Source: Kondoa subrosea (lineage: Eukaryota). Taken from it: a stretch of DNA of 64,000 nt. The notes under the pieces are model-generated. The model was given only the letters and a program-made list of their open reading frames with translations. It was not told the origin of the DNA and did no database searches. The stretch is taken from contig BCIN01000007.1 of assembly GCA_039545335.1 (NCBI GenBank), forward strand, positions 496,001-560,000, given 5' to 3'. Shown here piece by piece: positions 25,680-38,320 of this stretch (positions are counted from its first letter, which is position 1; each line of letters opens with the position of its first letter). The position numbers and the translations under genes are program-made.

Positions 25680-27224
25680 TTATGCAGTTTCGGGCACATC
25701 TTCTATTCGAGTCTTCTTGCTTTCTACTACAGAAGACCCTTCTTCTTCTGCTTTCCTTTTGAGCGTCGCTGCTCCATCTACTGAAGCTGCAGGTGAAGCC
25801 ACGGCGTCAATCGTCGGTTTTTTCTTTTTCTTGACTAGACTGTTCAAGTTATTTCGTGGTGCATCAGCCGGTAGAGAGGAGGCGCCGAAAGCTGAATCAA
25901 TGAGCTTATCTCGCTCGGTTGCAGCAGCGATCTCAGGCATTGTTTTGAGGTCGTCAATCTGTCAAATCAAAGTGGTCCCTAAGCAATTATACATCGCCGT
26001 GGGAATTCCGAGCTGACCTTTGCATCCAGCTCAGACATGACTTCATCAATGTTCTTCATTTCTTTCAGATCTTCTTGCAAGACAGCTACATCTTTAGTCG
26101 TCCTAGTCTTTTGCTGTTCCAGCAAGAAAGTTTTCCTCAAAATCAAGACTTGTTTAGCTTTCTCAGCATGCTCAACAGCTTTCAATCTCGCCTCTTCAGC
26201 TTTTCTTTGCTTTTCTTCTGGTGTAACAGTCGGTTCGTTGTTCGAAGAAATTTCTTCAGCTGTTGTGGATGTACCACTTGCTACAACGGGAATGAATTCG
26301 AAAGAAAGAGCAGCCATCATATGCGTTTCTGCTAAACGACGATCATGAGGCGGTAAGATGGCTGTAATAACTTCTAAAGCATTGCAATACTCTTGTGCTG
26401 CATCTTCGAATTTCTCTGTCAGAGATCCGAAATCTTGTATCAGCTTGTCAAGCAGATAACAAGTCAGAACCAGCTGACCTGATTCAGTAGCTACTTCTCC
26501 TAGTGCATTGTAAACGCTAGCCAGCTTCAGCTTGTTCTCTTCCGAATCAGCATGTTTGACCAAAATCGTTCGCGCCATATCCAGAATATTGAAAGCAGTT
26601 TCCAAATCATCGTCTCTTGTATCTTCTTCTGCACCTTCCTCTCCGCCTCCAGCTTCTTCCCCTTCACCATCTTCGTTCTCTTCCTCCTCGAATTCGACAA
26701 AGTTGAACTTGCCTTTGTCAGCTGCTGAAGGACCAGCTTCAACAGTAGGCATAGATGAAGGAACTTTAGGCGGTGCACTAGGTCCAGCAACTGTTCTGAT
26801 CATATAAGCTGTGTCTATCTAGTCTGCTCTTGCGTTCACTGACCTGGTACAGGACTCTCGCCTTCGGCAACAGATGTAGATGTAGAAGCAGCAGGAGCGG
26901 GAGCGGAAGTGTTTCCCAATACACCAGATTGAGCAATAGAATTCCTAAGCAGAGCTTTGCCGTACAGGATGAGCGAATCCACAGTCTCGACAGCTAGTTC
27001 TCCATGTTTCTTTGTTCTATCCCACTCGTAAGCTTACAAAAGATGCAGAAGACCACCACATACAGGGATTCGACAGCTTTAGAGAACGTCTCTGCCGCTT
27101 CAGCATAGCTTCCTTTAGCCAGCTGTTGTTGGCCCAAATTCAGCAAAGCAGACGCGTTTTCTTGCTCAGAGGGTAGAGTAGAGCTCTCTGCTGTGACTGG
27201 AGCTGATTCGGTAGAGGTTGACAT
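25680..27224 (-). CDS. Histone chaperone NASP/Sim3/Hif1 (SHNi-TPR)
   Basis: TPR (YAEAAETFSKA..LILYGKALL), acidic insert, DDLETAFNILDMAR, LGEVATESEKFEDAAQEY, RRLAETH, NNLNSLVKKKKK. Confidence 0.85.
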
Positions 27225-27758
27225 GACTGCTTTGGAAACAAAGAGCAGTGCGAAATTTGTGCTCCAGGCTTGTCAAGGTGACACCGCTCCAATCTCGTGC
27301 CTCTGTCTATTTGCGATCCTCATATGAGCGACGCATTCCTAAGGCGTCTCCTCAGTCCTGTGCTATGACGAGCTTCTCCCTTTGTCGCGTCTTCAATTCT
27401 GTTTTGGCGTAATCATATGCTCTGCTCGTCTCTGTTATCCTGGCCTGCATGTGTTGAGCTCCCCGCTTCTTCAAAAATCGGGAGTCTGAGCGAACTTTCG
27501 AACGAAGGATATCCTATGGACTCCCTCGATGCCTATACTTGTATACGAGTAGACCAGTGACTTGCTGTATAATCTGTCATCTCGCTAATCCGCTAGACTA
27601 TTGCTTGCAAATGGTGTATGCAGAATAGCCCTTTGTCCTTGAACGTCTTCTGACGATGGTCTTCTCTTTCGTCTCTTTTCTCCTCTCTTCCCAAACCATT
27701 AGCAACCCAACTTTCAACTTTCTCTACTCATAACAATTACTGTGCTCTGCCGTCAGAT

Positions 27759-29504
27759 ATGTCATCAACCAAAGTTCCTGCGTCAGTCAACCGACTCGTT
27801 CTCAATCACGCTCATCTGCCATCTGCCATCCATGAAGCCCCATTACCAGGCAAGCCTGGTGATCAAGACCAATCACCAAAGCAAAGGATCGATTGGGGAG
27901 GCATTCGACATGGATCGGTTGTTGCAGTCTGCAGTCTCTTGAATCTCTCAACTATTGATTTTGCTCAAATTCCGATCATAAGACACGCATACGAGAGGAT
28001 CAAGATTCCAACTATCGAAGCTCTCTTGACGAGCCTGGGCAGCCTCCCAGTCCCAGTCGAAGAGCTGAGGTCCTTTTCCTTCGAAGCTCTTGCTTGTGCT
28101 TTTACTTCCCCTTCCCTCACCTTGACCGAAATATACAAAAAAGCTCATTCCGAGATTCGGTTCCTCGCTACGGATGATGCGAAGCACAAAACAAGCAATT
28201 CTGCACATTTCAATTTGGCCATTGCTGGCGATTTCGGCTCTGACCCTTCAGCACCAGAGCTGCTCAAGAATCCCTACTACATGGATTTGCAGCGATGCAC
28301 ATGCCAAACACCCTGCGCCAAACGCTGTCCCAACTATCTCAACCGAAGGGAAGCTCTGCTCGATTGATTGCAAGCATATTCCGGTGCATTGGTATTGTCA
28401 TCAGCATGCCGATCACAACGCAGGCGATTGCATTCAAGATCAAGATCAATTGGGTGAATGGGTTATCTCTCAGGGCAAACATCTCAAAGAGGGATCTGAC
28501 AAGAAACGAAAGTTCCGCCTCTACCACTTCATGCACCCGTCCAAAGCAATCCAGACGATCGCAAGAGTAGCGATGCAGTTCTACGATACGCGGAGGTAAT
28601 CTCTGCCCGTATGCACTACTTGCAGGCAGAAATCTGACGCTTTCAGGACAGATTGGCTATCTTTGTAGCCAAGATGCACGGCGTCAGCTTGCAAATGCTC
28701 CTCGCTCCGCCAGAGGACAAGAAGAAGGTGAACAAATATACCGAATGGTATCGCAAATGCTGTTCGGAACCTTGGCAGGGGTTTGGCCAGCAGCTCGTCC
28801 GACTATGTCAAATAGATGACACCATCACGACTCGATACGAAATTCAACATGTTGGCTCAGAATGGAGAATTCTTCTCGGGCAAGAGTCTGCGGAGAATGA
28901 CAAGTTGCTAGACCTGCTCCCGACTGTTTTACAAAAGAAGCCAGACCAACAATTTCTTTGCGTACATTTTAGAGGTTCGACCGATTCATCTGTCGTAGGT
29001 CATCATGTGTGTATGCTTCATATGAATGGTATCTTGCTGGAAGCAGTTGAACACGGTTAGTCATCTCTCGGTCCACGTCGGAACAACCTGAGTAGTTCAT
29101 TAGGGCTCGATGGCAATGACTCATATATGTCATTGGATGTATTGAATAACACCTTGTCCAAATCTGCATTCTGGATCCTTGGTTTCCGCAAGAAAACCAC
29201 CTTGCTCAAAGCGCAACCAGATAAAGAAATCAAAGGGAAATTGTCGAAGTCAATCAATGAGCGTCGGAACCTACTCCAGGTTGAAGTAGAGAAAGCCAAA
29301 GAAGAAGCACTCAGGTTACGTCAGCTGAGAACGGCAGCATTCTCCAGTGAAACTAGTCTCAAAGCTTCTTCGACAGCGAAGAAACCGGACCCAAGCGGAA
29401 AACCCGTTGGCATGACCTACGGCAACACTCGCGGCGAACTAACAGGTCAATTCAAGACTGAAAAGAATGGAACAATTGCGCGGGGTTTGGTCAGGAGAAA
29501 ATGA
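27759..29504 (+). pseudogene. Hypothetical protein with Cys-rich (AWS/CXC-like) motif, apparently frameshifted at ~28348-28350
   Basis: ORFs 27759-28367, 28174-28599, 28653-29060 and 29127-29504 join via two introns plus one +1 frameshift. Confidence 0.5.
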
Positions 29505-29604
29505 AAGGCGAAAGGTCACATCTTAGCCGAGCGTTGTAATAGAAGAGCACATGCCTGCATATACAATTTGACACATATATTACATGCGATGGCTACAGAT
29601 TAGA

Positions 29605-30134
29605 TCCTATGTCACGAGATCAGCTCACGCAAATACAATAGACGCGCGTTCTGTACTCACACTGTACCACATCCGTCGTTCGTGCAGAAGCGTTAGCGGT
29701 TCTCGCCGATTCTTTTTCAATGCGAGAAGTCAGATCTTGGTTGAGCAGATAATTCGCATCATAATTCGAATTGCCTGTTGACGATCAGTTGTGTATGGAT
29801 GGAATATGATGAAGCTCACTTGTCGGCGCCTCGCTGACAGCTGCATTAGGAACATAACCTGTTGGCTTCTTCGCTGATTTGGTGCTGTTTGTATTCTCCT
29901 GAAGAAGAGCTCTAGGGTTGGCCAGCAGCCGAGCAACTTTGTCTGTTCATCCGTTGAGCAAGCCAATAGAGCGGAAGCACAGATAGCTCACCATCCTTCT
30001 CTCCATCAACAGGCAGATCTGCCTTGCTGAGGATCTCATCAATCTCCCTCTCATCCATGGCCTGTGATATGATGTCAGCCTAGATCGATCACCAGTGACG
30101 CTCATGACTGCACCATGATCTTGGTCTCGTCCAT
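29605..30134 (-). CDS. Small multi-exon hypothetical protein (MDETKIMAMDEREIDEILSKADLPVDGEKD...)
   Basis: Series of short exons bounded by GTGCAG/GTGAGC/GTGAGT donors and CTGAC-type branch sites; internal junctions uncertain. Confidence 0.45.
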
Positions 30135-30617
30135 TTTGAGCGATGTCGATGTTTACAAGCAACCGCGATCATGAAGCATGAGCGTTTGAAGTCTGCGTTG
30201 AGCCACCTGCTGTTTGATCTGTGTGCAGAGTAGCCGAGACTGTCGAGTTGATTCGTACAGGCTATCAAACGCGTACATTTCAAGCTGCTTCAGCTATTCG
30301 ACGACAACGCATTCGTGCTCTCCAAGTTACACCCTGGGATTCCAATTATCCCTTACTCTCTGTTCTACTTCTCCTTCAACAAGCCATTCTATAGATCTGT
30401 TCGGCCATTCGAGGCTGTCCAGCTCGGCGCATTGCCTTTGACAGAGCAAAACCGAAGCTTTCGCTCTTCTTCTGCCATCAATCAAGACGCTGGTCGTCTC
30501 ATCTTTTTCTCTCATCGTCTCTGCTGGTCAGACTCCTATCTCTTCCTGTACATTGCCGAATTCGACTGGTCGAACTCTCCTTCTTATCTTTCTGTCTACC
30601 TTTCGCAATTGCAAAGC

Positions 30618-30959
30618 ATGAACTATTGCGACGACGATGATAGTGACGTTGGTCTAAGGTCCGCTACTTGTTATCGATATTTCCTTCAATTAAAATCTCT
30701 GCTCTAGCGACAAAGAAATAGGCATAATTGCGGTAGGCCGAGATGTCATTGAGATCAGGACTCCAATTGATGAAAGATAACACAGGGCGCCGCTGCTGGT
30801 GGTCTACTCCTGTTAATCCTCATTTACGTCTGTTGCTGCCGACGGCGATCAGGTGTAGATGGCAAGACATCAATGATACAAACTATGTTGTTGGCGAATC
30901 ATATGTCCAGGTCCAACAGCGTGAGACGGACTCCAAAATGCCATAGCTTGAACATCTAA
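30618..30959 (+). CDS. Small single-pass membrane protein
   Basis: Spliced MNYCDDDDSDVGLSDKEIGIIAGAAAGGLLLLILIYVCCCRRR: TM segment followed by Cys and basic stop-transfer residues. Confidence 0.5.
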
Positions 30960-31100
30960 CACGCTTGTATGTCATAGGGATACTCTGATATAGAAAAGGG
31001 AGGATAAATGTTGGACCTTGATTTACTGTCTCTTGCTTCATCATGCTGCCCGCTTGTTCGAACGATTGCAATCGACATTGTCAAGTATTACTGTCATATG

Positions 31101-33613
31101 CTAAAACTGCGATCTCCCACTATACGAAGCAGCCAGCTGCGTCACAGACTTGCGTAAAACATCCCATTCGTTCTCTCTGGGCACTCCCGTTTCTCCAATG
31201 TCGTATCTGTACAAAGATAGTATGAGCATCAACCGATCACATAAGATAGCACAAGAGCGCACATATAGACTTTGCCATCCGTTGATCCGATCGCTGCTCT
31301 TCTACCCTCTCTCTTTTCCCAAGCAAGCTTGTTCAATGCTCTAGGTGCAGTAGGACTGACCACAGTAGAAACAATTGGCACCTGTATTATATTAGAAGGC
31401 CATTCGTGGATTACGTATATAGAGACTCACCTCAGCATCAACATTGAGATTCCACAAGTTGAATTTCCCGCTACCATCTACAGAGCCAAACAAGGCAGGA
31501 TGTTTAGGATGCCACTTGACATCGAACACATAATCATCCGCTTCTTCGAAGACGCCCAAAGGATTGATAGAGGATTGAGAAACCGAATGAGGAGGTAAGA
31601 GTTTGTTGGCCGAAGATCCCAAAACAGGTGAAGGAGCAGAATTGACGTTCTGACCCTGATTGTTGTTATTGTTTGCACCAGCTTTAGCTCTCCATAATTT
31701 CACAGTCCAATCCACTCCGCAAGTCAAAAACAGATCCGAGAAATCCACAGGGCCACTTTGAGAAGGATGGAAATCAATACCCAATACAGGTCCAGTGTGA
31801 CCTCTGTAGATTTCGTTTTGCACTAAACCAGCTTTGGCTCCTGCTCGATCGTAACGATTGGCAGTGAAGACGTTTCCTTCTTCTGTTCCTACCCAAAAAG
31901 CACTGGTTTCGTTTTCTGGAAAAGCGATTGTCGTTATTGATACTTCATCAGTCTTTGCATGACCTGGATGAGATAGTTCAAGCGTTTCAGAAGGTTTGGC
32001 GAGCATATCAAGCACCCAAGCGCAAATTGTTCCATCTGTTGAAGCTGAAACTAGATTGTGAGCGTTCTGAGTGCCAGGTAAAGCGAGTGAGTAGACAGGA
32101 TGGGTGTGACCGGAAGCAGAAAGAGGGGTTTTGAGGACGGGCAGAGATCGAGATCGAGTGTCCCATAACAGTATTTGACCGGAATAAGTACCGCCGATAA
32201 CGAGATTTGGGTGAAAAGGAGAGAACATGACAGAAAGAACATCTGACTGTGATTACAATTCTTTCATCAGACAATTAATATGTCGTGATATGAATTGTAG
32301 TTCACCTGCGCTTGAAAGACAAATTCAGGCCTTTCCAGAAGATGTAGGTTCCATACGCATACGAGTCCTTCGGGGTCGCTAGAAGATAGAGGATTCTTGG
32401 TATAAGACGCGACAGAGAGTTCCGGGAACTGCTCTAATACATCAGAATCTATCGAGCCAAAAAGATGTCGGATCTTTACCTTCAAAGACCAATCCACTGC
32501 TGTAACCGATCTGTTTTTGGTCCATTTCTCATCTGAAAACGTATGCGTGCACTTGACCCTCTTCCCCGGACTGTGCAAATCATTTCTATCTTCCGCTCCT
32601 CCCGCCGTGCCAGAGATGGAGTAATCTCTCAAATAATCATAATTATCACTCAAAGCTCTTTGAATAACTTTAGATCCTTTCTCCAAGAATGAGGTGAATT
32701 CTCCAGTATTGACAATCCCTGAAACTTCTTCTTCCGTTAAAGCTTTCTTTCGAACTTCTTCGTTTTGTTGGGCTAAGAGTTTTTGTTCTTGTTGAATTTC
32801 TAAGTCCACTTTAGCTCGTTCAGCATCCAACTCCGCAATAATTCGGGTTCGAAGTTCAGCTTCAGTTTCACTTCCGACTCGATTGGTAGTGTTGATGGAG
32901 GAAGAACCTTCACCTAGATCATCGTCTTGGGTTGATGTAGATGTAGAAGCTGTTTGTACGGATTTGTCATAGGTAATTTTAGGCTGGCAGGAAATAGATC
33001 AGTTATAGTTTCGAAACAAGTTTACAAACAATTACCAGAGGTTTGAATTCAAAGAGTTCCTCGGCAGTATCAGTGAAGGTAGGTAGCGACGAAACAGGTC
33101 CATATCTATAGCAATATGAGTTGAAGATAAGCAAGTACACCTGAGTGAAACATACGAGGTTGGTGGTGCTTCTTGCTGGTCTTTCTGCTCCTGCACAACA
33201 GCCGCATCGCTCTGTCTACTTGTTCTACCACTAGCAGAAGCGTCTAATGCCGATTCTTGAGCTTGACTTGATTGTAATCCTCTGACCGAGGATGGAGCAG
33301 AAGTAGAAGGAGAGAGAATAGAAGAAATGAAGTCGTCTAATTGAGCTCTAGACGTTGGTCTATCCGTTATAGGCGTCTACCATTCATAGAAGATATCAAA
33401 TGTCTGCATAATGTTGCTTAGCCCATGCACAAACCTACTTCTGCTCTGGATGAGGTTTCCGAGGCATGCTGAGCTAAAGTCGCGCGTCGTTCTTCCCTAG
33501 CTTTCTTGAGAGCTTCAAGCTTTGCTCTCTTCTCTGCTAATTCTGCCTCTGACCAGGCATGATCAGAGCTTTGTTATTGTCAATGCGAGCAAATCCTCAC
33601 TCCGTCGATCCAT
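31101..33613 (-). CDS. Cytoplasmic dynein intermediate chain (WD40)
   Basis: N-terminal coiled coil (AELAEKRAKLEALKKAREER), ITYDKSVQT light-chain site, WD40 motifs GGTYSGQILLWD, GHTHPVY, DWTVKLW, DVKWHPKHPALF. Confidence 0.92.
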
Positions 33614-33849
33614 GCTGGTCTATCTTGTGGAGACTGCTGTGTGATATCAAGAATTGCGGGTATGAATCTAACGTAGTAGTATCATGGATTGAGTGTAACC
33701 GCATTGAAACCAAATTGGCAGGAGAGCTAAGCAAAAGAACAGCGAGTGACTACAAATGGGAGTACAGTAACGAAAGCTTGTGCTATTGAATTGCAAGAGT
33801 AATAATACAGGATAAAGCTGCAGTAGACAGAGAAAGCTCAATCAATTCA

Positions 33850-34905
33850 GAGTCCGACCTATTATAAGGCGATCTGGAGCTCTATTCGCAATAATTGATG
33901 CGATACCTTCTCGCGCTCCTTTGCTGGGATTGACATAAGTATCGGGTGTAGGAACGATTTTAGGATGCAATTGTGCGCAATTCAAGAATTCTCTGGGCGA
34001 GTTCGAGACCATTTCAATGGGAAGAGTAGTACGATTAGAAGGAGGATTGAATACTGGGAGAGGTGTAGTATTATCGGAGATTGCCTTCGAAAGTATTCAT
34101 GTATGCATTGTCTATACGAAACAATTAGCACAAAAGCCATAAGCAGGTAAACGGGATGCACGTACCCTGGCTGCTCCAGACCGATTGATCGCTCTCCATC
34201 TGGATGACCAGACCCAACATTTCTGATATATTGCCTGCATTTCCATAGGTCCATTCTGACCAGACTATCCCTCCAATCACGCCGATCTCGAAGATCCGCG
34301 CATTGCCATCATACCGATCCTTCTCTACTGCCAGCCCAGGTGGATCAACTAGCAAGTTCCCAAAGAGATGTTTCAAGAGAGAGCGTTGGGCTTCATGGAG
34401 CACCGTAAGGACGTAGCAGAATCGCATGACAGTAGACGATGCCTTGTAAGCTTGTGGACGACGAACCTGTGAAACGATAATAGATTATGAGTTCAGATAC
34501 TAAAAAGTGCGTCTAACATACCATGTCATCTAAAGCAGCAGCCAAAGTAACCAATAAATCCATTTGATTTCCAGTTGCATCGCCTTCTTCTTCTTCTTTT
34601 TCCGCAGATCTTCAAAGTATAGAGCTAGGACTGGATCTAGCGACTTCGAAATGGATCGTGAAAGTGGATTCGGTAAAGAAGGCTGAGATCTGGCCAAGCG
34701 TTGGTTTGGGTGTATGGGCTTTTTTGTCGACATCGAGCCCTTCCCAAAGGGAGATGCACATCTTGAGCATCTTATCTTGTGTGTTCGGAGAGTTGCCTAG
34801 ATGCGCGACAACTTTGGTAGCCAGAGCTTTCGCGACGGTGTACATTTGCAACGCGATCGGATTCTGCTCGTCCAGAAGGGTTTCGACAAAGTTGAGCTCT
34901 ACCAT
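33850..34905 (-). pseudogene. Degenerate or hypothetical gene with in-frame stop
   Basis: ORF 34612-34905 resumes in the same frame after TGA and splices (GTATGT..CAG) to ORF 34125-34427; downstream frames inconsistent. Confidence 0.35.
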
Positions 34906-35164
34906 TGTTGAAGTCTAGTGTTTGGTACGAGAAAGAGAAGAGAAGAGCAGGGTATCCTCAAAGCAATTTGGAAAAGGAACCACGGAATGTGCCTGCAAGG
35001 TTCCTGAGGCCTTGCTGCATCCTCTCTGTCTCCGAATCAATAAGAGCGCGTGATTGTGCTGGCCAACAGCGAGAAATTGAGTCATCACATCATCGTCTGG
35101 AGAAGAGAAAGCTTTCATGCAACTTTAATCAGATACAAGCACTTGCCGCAAGGAACAGAAGACA

Positions 35165-36537
35165 ATGGCTGCACCTTCTGTTGCTGAATCGACTCCAAGG
35201 ACTGGAACTCGACCAGAACAACTCGAAGGCAGTCAAAAACGAGCTGGTTCTCAATTTCTGCAATATGCTACACCTTTCCCTGCATTACAGACTGCTTTAC
35301 CTTCTTCTCTCGTATCTTATATCGCTGGCTTAGTCCTTACAAACACTGTCAAGCTGCAGCCAAAAGCTTTGGAAGCATTCTATGAGCCATTGAGTCAAGC
35401 AGTTTGGGTTACAGATGCTAGATCTGTGGATGCATTATGGTGTCAAGGATTCTTTGGGAAAGGATCTTTGAGTCGAAGTGAACCTACTTGGTGGACCCGA
35501 GAGCAGAACAAGATGGGTGCAGGATTGGCTTTGACAAGTGAAGAGATTACAGCTGTGAGAAGAGCTGAGCGGAAAGAAGCAAAGATTTTGAAGGCGAAAG
35601 AGAAGGAAGAAGCTCTGTTGAATGGTCCACTCACACGGAATGTCTCGGAAATATCGACTACTACACCAGCTGCTCGAAAACCTAGAGTTGTGTACAAACC
35701 TAAATCCGCTGGTTTGCCTTGGGACCATCCTGACAATCAAGAACATCTTCAACTGCAACCTGAAGAAGCTTTTTACCTAATCTTCGCCATCGGAAGTCTT
35801 TCTTTGACTATGCCTAAAGTCAGTTTTTTTCCCTTCTTCTGTCTCTGTAACATTGACTTACCCTCTTCCATAGCTCCTCACACCTCTGACTATCCAACAA
35901 GCCTATACACTCTTCCTTCAACCTTCTCTCTGTTTCTCATCCACTATTCCATCAGCTCCTTCAATTCATATCAGACCAGACAATCCTTTCCTCCTCTCTT
36001 ATCTCTCATACCATCATTACCGATCGCTAGGTTGGGTAGTAAGATCAGGAGTGAAATTCTGTACCGATTGGGTTTTATACAAAGGATCAGATGGGAAAAC
36101 TGGGAAAGGAGCTGGTCCTCCTGGTGGTCATGCTGAATTTTCAGTATTGATTATGAAAGATTATGAGGATGAAGAAGATAAAAAGAGTGCGATTTTGGAA
36201 GAAAAGCTAGGGTATTTGACTCAAGAAGAAAGAGAACAATTGGAGAAACTTGGTGGTACAGATTGTTTGATGCAAGCTAAAGAAGAAAGAAGTTCTTGGC
36301 AATGGTTGAGTACAGTCAATCGAGTGACTTCTGGTGTGAAAAAGGTGAGCTATTCACTCTGCCTATCCTAGGAATCAATGCCTAAGATAGTGATAGACTC
36401 TTATTCTCGCCTACGTTACTATTCCATCATCAAAGACAATCACTCAAGAAGAACTAGCCACACCTCATTGCCTGCAGCGATATCATATACGAGAAGTCAA
36501 TATCAGGCGATTCGTGCCAGCCAGATTGAGGGACTAG
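35165..36537 (+). CDS. SEN2: tRNA-splicing endonuclease catalytic subunit Sen2
   Basis: LWCQGFFGKGSLSRSEPTW, EHLQLQPEEAFYL, YHHYRSLGWVVRSGVKFCTDWVLY, GHAEF, NRVTSGVKK, RRFVPARLRD. Confidence 0.92.
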
Positions 36538-36676
36538 AGTTTGGGCTTTGTGCATATTCAAACTTGGTATGCGTGCAATGTGCTATATGTATGAGATGAT
36601 GTGCTGTTGCATTACAATGTGTATAATGATCTTTCGAGCTTCTCTTCTTGCAATAACAAACGAAAATATAACAGGA

Positions 36677-38320
36677 TTAGATCTGACCTCTGTTTATCGC
36701 ATCATATCAGCTCGAGAGCCGTATAGATACTGAATGAACACAAACTTGATGTCGACTTTGGTATAATTTGCTAATGCGGCAGCCAAATTCGCTCTGACCA
36801 AACGACAATCCAGTTGACGTTGATCTTCATGCGTTTTAGACGGTTTCGAAGACGTTTCGGTTGATGCAGCATAAAGGGCTGCATTATGTGCTACTAAGAA
36901 GTCGTGCGCTTCTGCAGAGGTCTCGAAAGCCAATTGCGAAGCGATGAAAGAGAGAGGTAGAGTCATGTATCTGTAAGTTCTGCAATGTCATTACTGAACA
37001 AAGAAATTTCAACAAAAGGACATACGCTTTGGTCATAGTCACTAGAGCTGTGACTCTTTCCCTTGGGATGAAATGATCCATCATATAGCCACCCATTTTA
37101 GGTGCAGCATTGAAAAGCTGAAAAAAGCGTCGGTAATTCGAAGTCGCCAAAGCCAATCGAACTTGCAAAGCATGCTGAACGCATTCATCTTGCCTTTCCG
37201 CTGGAGTCAGATTCGATAACAAGGCATTGATCTCCCTTCGATTGCGCGTGTGAAGTAGATATAGGATTCGATATGCTAAGAATTCTTCTGGATGACCTTC
37301 TAGGCCGTGAGTGTATAAATCTTTGAGCTGAGACTGGCACTGATTGTATTCGCCAAGATCTCCCTGTCAGTTCCAACTCACAGACATCAGCATTGAAGTT
37401 GATGAATGGCATTGAAACTAACCTTTTCTAAAGCTATTCGAGCATGTATTTCGTAGACTGACACTGTAAAGTCGTTCTTGATGCGTTGCACCTGTGCAAA
37501 ATCTCGCTCAAAGAAGAACCCATAGTCCAGCCAATTGAGATGCGCACTGTAAGATCCTGCCGCATGCTCTTGAATTGATCGCAAACATAATTATAATTGT
37601 TCTCAGTCCTCCATTTCTTTTTCATCAACTCAAGAGTCTTTCGAAGCACGCCTATCGGCCTGACATTCGCTGGGTCTGGAACCTGTACATATGAAATGTA
37701 TCCTTGAATTCCCAGACATACCTAATTGATTGCTCAACGTACAGAAGTTAGCCGTAGATACGGCTTTTCCAATGTAGACGAAGTGCCAACTATAGTATAC
37801 CTGTCCCAATCAATAACATCCTTTACCAATTCTAGTCAGCCTTGTAAATTCCGATTCTTGAAGCAGTTGCAACATACTGGATTATACTCAGGCTCTGGTG
37901 TAGACATTGTTGAGCCGAGTTGAGAACCAATCAAAGCGCTGTGACGCGAAGTCTTGTGTGATGTATCGAGCTCAAACCGTTTAGCTCTCTTTGACCTGAG
38001 ATCATCGTATTCCTGGCCCAGAGAAGCAGAACTGAAGTTTGGATCCGGTCTAAGCACAAATAGAACGCCGCTATCAGCTAAGCATGTACCGATATAGAAG
38101 GCACGCACTTCTTGCGCTTGTTCTTGGGTTGTTTCGCGAGCGATTTCAAGGGGAAATTGGCCCAATCGATAGACCAAATAGTCTCCTCGTTGAAAGCCTT
38201 GAATATAGCTGCTTTGAGTTCCGCTTCTACTGCTGGTCTGTTGCTATCCGTGCAAGCTGAGAATGTCGCGTTGACAAATTTCTTGAGGCTGTCTGGCCAT
38301 TTGTCCTGGGCGGAAGCCAT
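36677..38320 (-). CDS. SAC3/GANP-domain protein (Thp3/LENG8-like)
   Basis: [76 protein letters not shown]. Confidence 0.88.

Noticed and set aside
34612..34614. Selenocysteine recoding of the TGA
   Set aside because: No redox motif context or SECIS recognised
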